A DNA stretch of 18,188 bases, taken from assembly GCA_037446635.1 (NCBI GenBank), contig JBBIIG010000040.1:16565-34752 (forward strand). Direction: 5' to 3'. Position 1 is the first letter of the stretch, and each line of letters begins with the position of its first letter. Below are positions 12,667 through 18,188 of this stretch, in pieces. Both the position numbers and the translations under genes were made by a program. Below the pieces are notes generated by a model, which was given only the letters and a program-made list of their open reading frames with translations, made no database searches and was not told where the DNA came from. This DNA is from a bacterium (GTDB lineage: Bacteria > Zhuqueibacterota > Zhuqueibacteria > Oceanimicrobiales > Oceanimicrobiaceae).

Positions 12667-14884
12667 AAAGATTCAAAAGAAAGGTGAGCTTGGCAAGCAG
12701 GGTGCGGTTGGAAGTCTTCAAGCGGGAAACCGTATCCAATTCTTCATTATAAACTAAATAGAAATCGCTGCCGGGCGCATAGATAAAACGAATCAAAAAG
12801 TTGCTGATGATGCGTTTGTCGAAATCGTTCCACTGCAAATAAGCTTTGGTGAAGAGGTTGGTCGAAAACGAGTAGTTGATGCGCGCCCCTAAAATCGAGG
12901 TGGTGAATTCGCCGTTGGCAAAGGGCGTCTCCACGCGGTTCCAGACCCAGTTGAGATCGAAGCGCAATTTGCTGGTGGGCTTCCAAAAATTTTCCGCGCG
13001 CACTCCGATGAACGTGCCGTCGTAAAAGGTGCCGCCGCCCACTTGCAAGCTGCCGCTGAATTTGCGGCTGTGATCGGAGCTAAACATGGCCGAGCCGATG
13101 TTGTACTTGTAGATGCCGCCGGGGATGAACGCCGGCCCGAGGAAAAAACCGGGGGCAGGAATGTTGTCGTAGTAATTGATAAATCCAAATGATAAGTACG
13201 CTTCATTTTTAAAGATATTGAGCAGCCCGAGGTTGATGGTGCGATATTGCAGTTGATTACTGTGGTTGGTGATGTATTCCAGCGAGTAGGAAAAATGCGA
13301 CTGTCGGATGCTCCAGAAATTCGGGCGTGGGCTGAGATAGATTTCCAAAAAATATTTGCGGATGTCTCGCCACTGCAAGAAGCCCATCTCCGGATTAAAA
13401 TTTCTGCCAATGTCCGTAAAGGCGCCGTGGGCATAAACTTTATCGGTGCCCCACGATAGGTCGAGATAGCCGTTGTAATCGTTGCCCCTCAAACCTGGGG
13501 TCAAGGTTTTTGCAAAATAGCCGCTCAATGTGAAGTTGTTGTCGAAGGAGAACAAAGCGTCGGCGGCGAAGGTACGGTTGTAGGGGCCGCCGGCGACGGC
13601 GTCTTTGCTGAGCGCCATCACCCCAAGATACGAGCGTTTGAAGATATCGCGTTTCAAGCGCGCGGCGAGGTAGTTGGTTTTTCCAACGGAGTCCGGGTTC
13701 GGTTGCGAGAGGCCGTCGGTGAGGACGTCGAGCACGCCCAACTCATACGCGCCGGCTTTGCCAGTGGTTTTGATGCCGCCTATTATAGGCACCTCGCGGC
13801 TTTCGAACGTGGCCGGGTCGGTATGCAATCCAATTTGCCGGCTGAAAAACAGCAGGGTGAACGGCTCGCCGTAAACTTCCTCGCCCACGTTAAAAATATC
13901 CAGGCCTTCCAAAAAGAAGTCGCGTTTTTCCGGAAAGAACAAATTGAAACGCGAAAGGTTAACCTGTTCCACGTCCGCTTCCACCTGGGCGAAATCGGTG
14001 TTGACGGTGAGGTCGGAGACGATGTTGGAGGTGAGGTGGACTTTGACGTCGAGGCCGGCGTCGGCCAGTTGATCGGAAGAAACGCTGGGCGTGAAATGTT
14101 TTTCCATGCCGCCGATGGCATAGGGCTTGATTTGCAGCCGTTTATCTTTGGGCGCGAAGTTGAGCCCTTTCAACACGCCGAACTTCGAGATTTTGAATTT
14201 TCCGTAGTTGTTGAAATCGTCGTCGCGGCTGATGGGCGACCAGTAGGCCTCCTCGCGTTTGCGCGGAATGTAGCGGCCGAAATTGATGCCCCAGGTGATG
14301 TTCTCGCCCTCGCGGAATCTCAACGTCTTAAAAGGAATCGCAACTTCAACGGTCCACCCCATTTGATCTTTGCGGGCGGCGCTGTGCCAGATGCCGTCCC
14401 AATCCCAATTGATGTGCGCGCCCTCGGTTTTGATCTCCGAGTCCAGCCGCGCCCCCAATGAGTTGGTGGCGAAATAGTAGGCGTTGCGTTGGTCAAAAAA
14501 AGTGTCGATGATGATTTCGACGTAATCGTTGTTGGAAAGATCGGAGTCGCGGCGCATTTCATTGGCGACGATTTTGTGCGGCTCTTTATCGAAGCAGCGG
14601 ATGCCGAAGTAAATATTTTGATCGTCATACGTAATCAAAACGATAGTGGGCTCGGAAACCGGCGCCCCCTCTGAGGGTTCTTTCTGGGTGAAGTTGCTGA
14701 TCAGCGCGGCATTTTTCCATTCATTTTTGCTCAGGTAACCATCGATGATGGGGGCGCTGCCGTTTCGGCCAACGGTCACCTGCAGCAGGCTCACCCGCTT
14801 ATTTTTGTTGCCGGCAACGCTTTCGAGATCTGCACACAAAAGCAAACAGACCACCGCCGCCGTCATTTTGATTTGGAATGTCAT
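12665..14884 (-). CDS. Secreted/outer-membrane protein with an N-terminal CBM9-like (DOMON-like) domain and a DUF5916-like beta-barrel
   Basis: Signal peptide; APIIDGYL...EW, YDDQNIYFG, WDWDGIW and GWTVEVAIPFKTLRF; TVNTDFAQVEAD...NLSRFNLFFPEKRDFFLEG, LFFSRQIG; C-terminal PGSDFYLVYN...LLAKLTFLLNL. Confidence 0.85.
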   Translation of the reverse strand: MTFQIKMTAAVVCLLLCADLESVAGNKNKRVSLLQVTVGRNGSAPIIDGYLSKNEWKNAALISNFTQKEPSEGAPVSEPTIVLITYDDQNIYFGIRCFDKEPHKIVANEMRRDSDLSNNDYVEIIIDTFFDQRNAYYFATNSLGARLDSEIKTEGAHINWDWDGIWHSAARKDQMGWTVEVAIPFKTLRFREGENITWGINFGRYIPRKREEAYWSPISRDDDFNNYGKFKISKFGVLKGLNFAPKDKRLQIKPYAIGGMEKHFTPSVSSDQLADAGLDVKVHLTSNIVSDLTVNTDFAQVEADVEQVNLSRFNLFFPEKRDFFLEGLDIFNVGEEVYGEPFTLLFFSRQIGLHTDPATFESREVPIIGGIKTTGKAGAYELGVLDVLTDGLSQPNPDSVGKTNYLAARLKRDIFKRSYLGVMALSKDAVAGGPYNRTFAADALFSFDNNFTLSGYFAKTLTPGLRGNDYNGYLDLSWGTDKVYAHGAFTDIGRNFNPEMGFLQWRDIRKYFLEIYLSPRPNFWSIRQSHFSYSLEYITNHSNQLQYRTINLGLLNIFKNEAYLSFGFINYYDNIPAPGFFLGPAFIPGGIYKYNIGSAMFSSDHSRKFSGSLQVGGGTFYDGTFIGVRAENFWKPTSKLRFDLNWVWNRVETPFANGEFTTSILGARINYSFSTNLFTKAYLQWNDFDKRIISNFLIRFIYAPGSDFYLVYNEELDTVSRLKTSNRTLLAKLTFLLNL

Positions 14885-14913
14885 AGTAGAAAGGCTTCAA
14901 GAATGGCAGGCGA

Positions 14914-14942
14914 AATATATAAAATCCGAAAAAAATTGTCAA
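14914..14942 (-). promoter_or_regulatory. Sigma-70 promoter for the DUF5916-like gene
   Basis: Minus strand TTGACA-17 nt-TATATT about 30 nt upstream of the ATG. Confidence 0.7.
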
Positions 14943-15031
14943 AGAAAAAGTGAGAATCTGCGAAAATTAAGATCGGAGCTTTAAAAGTAAAGTGGAGGCG
15001 GGAATCTAGCGGTATGACTTATTCAATTTAC

Positions 15032-15062
15032 TTTACCGCGAAGAGTACGAAGTTCACGAAAG
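15032..15062. repeat. Left-arm remnant of the TTAACCGC/9-nt-unit MITE-like family
   Basis: TTTACCGCGAAG-AGT-ACGAAG-TTC-ACGAAAG with 9-nt spacing, resembling 7458-7490. Confidence 0.4.
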
Positions 15063-15079
15063 AACCTATTTCTTAAAAT

Positions 15080-15106
15080 AAAAAGCCCAAATCGCTTGGG
15101 CTTTTT
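15080..15106 (-). terminator. Intrinsic (bidirectional-type) terminator after tRNA-Asn
   Basis: AAAAAGCCCAA-ATCGC-TTGGGCTTTTT. Confidence 0.85.
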
Positions 15107-15113
15107 GCACTTG

Positions 15114-15186
15114 CTCCTCGGGCAGGACTCGAACCTGCAACCTAGTGGTTAACAGCCACCCGCTCTGCCGATTGAGCTACCGAGGA
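15114..15186 (-). tRNA. tRNA-Asn (GTT)
   Basis: TCCTCGG/CCGAGGA acceptor, GCTC/GAGC D stem, GGTGG-CTGTTAA-CCACT anticodon arm, GCAGG-TTCGAGT-CCTGC T arm, discriminator G followed by CAA (no encoded CCA). Confidence 0.97.
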
Positions 15187-15200
15187 AAATAAACGGCGAA

Positions 15201-15229
15201 AATTTATAAAATGTTTAGCTAATAGTCAA
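15201..15229 (-). promoter_or_regulatory. Sigma-70 promoter for tRNA-Asn
   Basis: Minus strand TTGACT-17 nt-TAAATT, 14 nt upstream of the tRNA 5' end. Confidence 0.6.
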
Positions 15230-15256
15230 TACTTTTTTCCAAACCTTATTGACGGC

Positions 15257-15288
15257 CTCTGCGTCAGCTTTGCGTTTTTTGCGGTTAA
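15257..15288. repeat. Right-arm copy of the TTAACCGCAA MITE-like family
   Basis: CTCTGCG-TCAG-CTTTGCG-TT-TTTTGCGGTTAA has the same terminal TTGCGGTTAA and the same 11- and 9-nt unit spacing as 7524-7555. Confidence 0.55.
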
Positions 15289-15458
15289 AAAACTTCATTC
15301 CAGGTTTTGCGAAATTTGTGGTGGACTCATAGGTACACTTCTGGCCTGAACAGTCCACTCGAAGAGCACATTGATTAATGGATATAAAACTTTTGTTCTA
15401 GCGCTATCCTTCAATATCTTTTTGAATTAGTGAAGTGCCAAACCCTCCAGAGATTTTT

Positions 15459-15474
15459 TGGCCCGTCTCTTGCG
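15459..15474 (+). promoter_or_regulatory. Candidate sigma-54 (-24/-12) promoter
   Basis: TGGCCCGTCTCTTGCG has GG-N10-GC with TGGC and TTGC cores, about 55 nt upstream of the lipoprotein ATG. Confidence 0.6.
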
Positions 15475-15528
15475 TGTGTTGCCAGCGAATTTTTTAAACG
15501 GTGATTACTTAAAACTCTGGAGGTACCT

Positions 15529-16575
15529 ATGAAACGATTTTGGATTTGGATGATGACGGCGCTGATGCTGAGCTTTCTGGTCGCCTGCAACTCCGAACAG
15601 TTGGTGAGCCCCGATGAAAACAGCGGCGACGAAGAAATCAGCCTCGACAAAGCGTTTGGCGGTTACGACACCGATGACGAGGCGGCAGCGTTTGGCGAAT
15701 CCGACCTGGTGGAAGATTTTCCCGAAGACGCCGAGGTAGCGGATTCATTCAGCGACGACCCAGCGGTGCTGGCTGAGCTCAACTCGGCAACCACAAAAGT
15801 TTATTTCCTGCGCATCACCTGGGGCTATCTCGAAGGCGATTCCACCGCCACCGCGGTTACCGACTGGAGCGGTTCCGCGCAAATCAACAAAGGCGCGCTG
15901 CTGCTTCTCAAAACCATCCGATTCGAGGGCAATGACTACATCCACCTGCCGCGCCCGGACCGGCAAACCATTGAGTTCACTTCCTACACCAAACCCCATT
16001 TTGATGGTCTCGTTCTGGCAATCATCGACAACGACACGACTCAACCCGAGGTTGAAGGTACGTTCTCCTTAAACGCTGGCGCCTACTCCAAAGTGTTGAG
16101 CTTCAGCGAATTGGATTCGCTGGAACTTATCGAAGCTGTGGGCGCGGACGGACAGGAAGTTTCCATCGTCAGCCGCTCAAAAGAGGTCTCGCCGTTTGAC
16201 GGCGGTTTCTTTGCCGGCCGCTGGGTGAAAACCGGGCCCAACGGCGGCGAATTCCGCGGCCGCTGGATCAACAGTCTGGGCACGAACGCCGGCTACCTTA
16301 AAGGCATTTGGGGCGTCAATCGCAACGGCAATCGAGTTTTCTTCGGCAAGTACATCAGCCTCGACGGCGAATTCCGCGGCTTGTTGGAAGGCCAGTGGCA
16401 ATTCAACCGCGGCGAACAGGGCGGCGTCTTTCGCGGCCGCTGGGTGAATCGCGAGGGACAGACGACTGGCACCCTCAGCGGCCACTTTAAAACCGGCCGA
16501 CCGGGCGACCGCCGCGGTTATTTTCAAGGCCGCTACAAACACGGCAATCCGCAAAATACCGACGGCTCGAATTAA
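15529..16575 (+). CDS. Hypothetical lipoprotein with an acidic N-terminal region and C-terminal G-x-[FL]-x-G-x-[WYF] repeats
   Basis: GGAGGT RBS; MKRFWIWMMTALMLSFLVAC lipobox; eight glycine/aromatic repeats in the last ~120 aa; strong terminator downstream. Confidence 0.85.
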   Translation: MKRFWIWMMTALMLSFLVACNSEQLVSPDENSGDEEISLDKAFGGYDTDDEAAAFGESDLVEDFPEDAEVADSFSDDPAVLAELNSATTKVYFLRITWGYLEGDSTATAVTDWSGSAQINKGALLLLKTIRFEGNDYIHLPRPDRQTIEFTSYTKPHFDGLVLAIIDNDTTQPEVEGTFSLNAGAYSKVLSFSELDSLELIEAVGADGQEVSIVSRSKEVSPFDGGFFAGRWVKTGPNGGEFRGRWINSLGTNAGYLKGIWGVNRNGNRVFFGKYISLDGEFRGLLEGQWQFNRGEQGGVFRGRWVNREGQTTGTLSGHFKTGRPGDRRGYFQGRYKHGNPQNTDGSN

Positions 16576-16600
16576 CCCTCCTCCTATCCTCTCATGGTGC

Positions 16601-16639
16601 AAACGCCGCCCGCTGATTTTTTAACGGGCGGCGTTTTTT
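16601..16639 (+). terminator. Intrinsic terminator
   Basis: 12-bp stem AAACGCCGCCCG/CGGGCGGCGTTT followed by a T run. Confidence 0.88.
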
Positions 16640-16786
16640 GTTTGAGGTTTCGCCAACACCCCATTTTGACGGTAATTTTCTCCCTGATGAAGTGGCGCTG
16701 CAAAAGGTTGCATCGTTAAGGTTTAGCGGCGACTGCCGATTTATTGAATGACAGTCAAATACTAACAAAAAAAGTATGGAGCCTCG

Positions 16787-18118
16787 ATGAAAATTACCGT
16801 AGTAGGAACTGGCTACGTGGGTTTGGTGGCTGGCACCTGTTTCGCCGACGTTGGCAACGAAGTGATTTGCGTGGATGTGGACAAAAGCAAAATCGATAAA
16901 CTGAACCGCGGGGAAATCCCCATTTATGAACCCGGCCTGCAGGAAATGGTGATTCGCAACGCCAAAGAAGATCGCTTGTTTTTCACCACCGATATCAAGT
17001 ACGGTGTTGAAAAATCCCAGATCATTTTTATTGCGGTGGGAACCCCGCCGGACGGAGACGGCTCCGCGGATTTGAAATACGTGCTGGCGGTGGCGCGCGA
17101 TATTGGCAAATATCTGAACGGCTACAAAGTGGTGGTCAACAAAAGCACGGTTCCCGTTGGCACCGCCGATAAAGTTGCTGCGGAAATCCGCCAGCACACC
17201 GACCAGAAATTTGCCGTGGTCTCCAACCCGGAATTTTTGAAAGAGGGCGCGGCCATTGAAGATTTCCTGCGCCCCGATCGCGTGGTCATCGGCGCCAGCG
17301 ACCCCGAAGCGGCGGAAATCATGAAAAATCTCTACGCGCCGTTTGTGCGCTCCGGCAAACCGATTTTGGTGATGGATGAACGCAGCGCCGAGCTGACCAA
17401 GTACGCCGCCAACTCGCTGCTGGCTACCAAAATTTCATTTATGAACGAGATGGCCAATCTCTGCGATATCCTCGGCGCAGACGTGGAGATGGTGCGCAAG
17501 GGCATCGGCACAGACAGCCGCATCGGGCCGCATTTCATTTACCCCGGCACCGGCTACGGCGGCTCCTGTTTTCCCAAAGACGTGAAAGCCATCATCAAAA
17601 CTGGCAAAGAACACGGCATGGAGTTGAAGATTGTGCGCGCAGTGGAAGAGGTCAACGCGCGGCAGAAAACCATTCTCCTCGATAAAATCAAATCGTATTT
17701 CAAGAACGACCTGCAGGGTAAAACCTTCGCGATGTGGGGATTGGCGTTCAAGCCCAAAACCGACGACATGCGCGAGGCCCCGGCCATCGAGATGATTAAC
17801 GCGCTCAACGCCCACGGCGCGAAAGTGCGCGCCCACGATCCGGAAGCGCTGCACGAAGCCCGCCGTATTTTCAGCGACCGCGTTGGCAAGGAGCTGTTTT
17901 TGTTTGATAAACGCTACGACGCCCTCGAAGGCGCCGACGGCCTGATCATCATGACCGAGTGGAACGCCTTCCGCGAGCCGGATTTCTATCTCATCAAAGA
18001 AACCTTAAAGACGCCGGTGATTTTCGACGGCCGCAACCTCTACGCGCCGGCGCGCATGAAGAGTTTGAACATCGATTATTTTTCCATCGGCCGGCCCAGG
18101 AACGGCGCCGCAAAATAG
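16787..18118 (+). CDS. ugd: UDP-glucose 6-dehydrogenase
   Basis: GTGYVGL Rossmann motif, PIYEPGL, FIAVGTP, KSTVPVGT, SNPEFLKEG, AELTKYAAN, catalytic GYGGSCFPKD, GLAFKPKTDDMRE and IFDGRN. Confidence 0.95.
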   Translation: MKITVVGTGYVGLVAGTCFADVGNEVICVDVDKSKIDKLNRGEIPIYEPGLQEMVIRNAKEDRLFFTTDIKYGVEKSQIIFIAVGTPPDGDGSADLKYVLAVARDIGKYLNGYKVVVNKSTVPVGTADKVAAEIRQHTDQKFAVVSNPEFLKEGAAIEDFLRPDRVVIGASDPEAAEIMKNLYAPFVRSGKPILVMDERSAELTKYAANSLLATKISFMNEMANLCDILGADVEMVRKGIGTDSRIGPHFIYPGTGYGGSCFPKDVKAIIKTGKEHGMELKIVRAVEEVNARQKTILLDKIKSYFKNDLQGKTFAMWGLAFKPKTDDMREAPAIEMINALNAHGAKVRAHDPEALHEARRIFSDRVGKELFLFDKRYDALEGADGLIIMTEWNAFREPDFYLIKETLKTPVIFDGRNLYAPARMKSLNIDYFSIGRPRNGAAK

Positions 18119-18188
18119 CCTATCTCAAACCCCTGGGGCTGTCTAAAAAGGTCAGTCTATATGAATTTTGATAAAATAGAAATTGAAG

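Noticed and set aside
9724..15186. Genomic island bounded by the two tRNA genes
   Set aside because: No integrase and no duplicated tRNA 3' end were seen, and the intervening genes are ordinary housekeeping types.
15425..15441. Second, oppositely oriented sigma-54 site (TGGCAC on the minus strand)
   Set aside because: The -24 element is good but the required GC at -12 is absent (AT instead).

Overview
Core-genome-like window from a diderm bacterium. Gene content and style suggest KSB1/Calditrichota or a related FCB-group lineage, which is inference only. Genes in order: C-terminal part of a TonB-dependent receptor whose 5' end is joined to a stop-interrupted ClpB/ClpC fragment (probably an assembly chimera); Ser/Thr kinase-TM-TPR protein; membrane vWA/GATase-like protein; tsaD; lipoprotein-type msrAB; NADPH-dependent FMN reductase; DUF3098-like protein whose stop codon lies inside tRNA-Asp; PTS IIA; SpoU/TrmH methyltransferase; CPBP protease; atypical receiver protein; DUF5916-like outer-membrane protein; tRNA-Asn; a repeat-rich lipoprotein with a candidate sigma-54 promoter; and ugd. 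The most striking signal is not a gene but a dense set of very small (18-110 bp) palindromic elements. An 87-bp in-frame insert in the vWA gene parses exactly into four nested elements of 24+18+18+27 bp, each a multiple of 3. A 27-bp sibling sits in-frame in tsaD, and a 26-bp sibling is nested in the loop of another palindromic element in the neighbouring intergenic region. Several other REP/REPIN/MITE-like families occupy the intergenic spaces. No transposase is encoded in the window. All family assignments come from motif recognition, not database searches.
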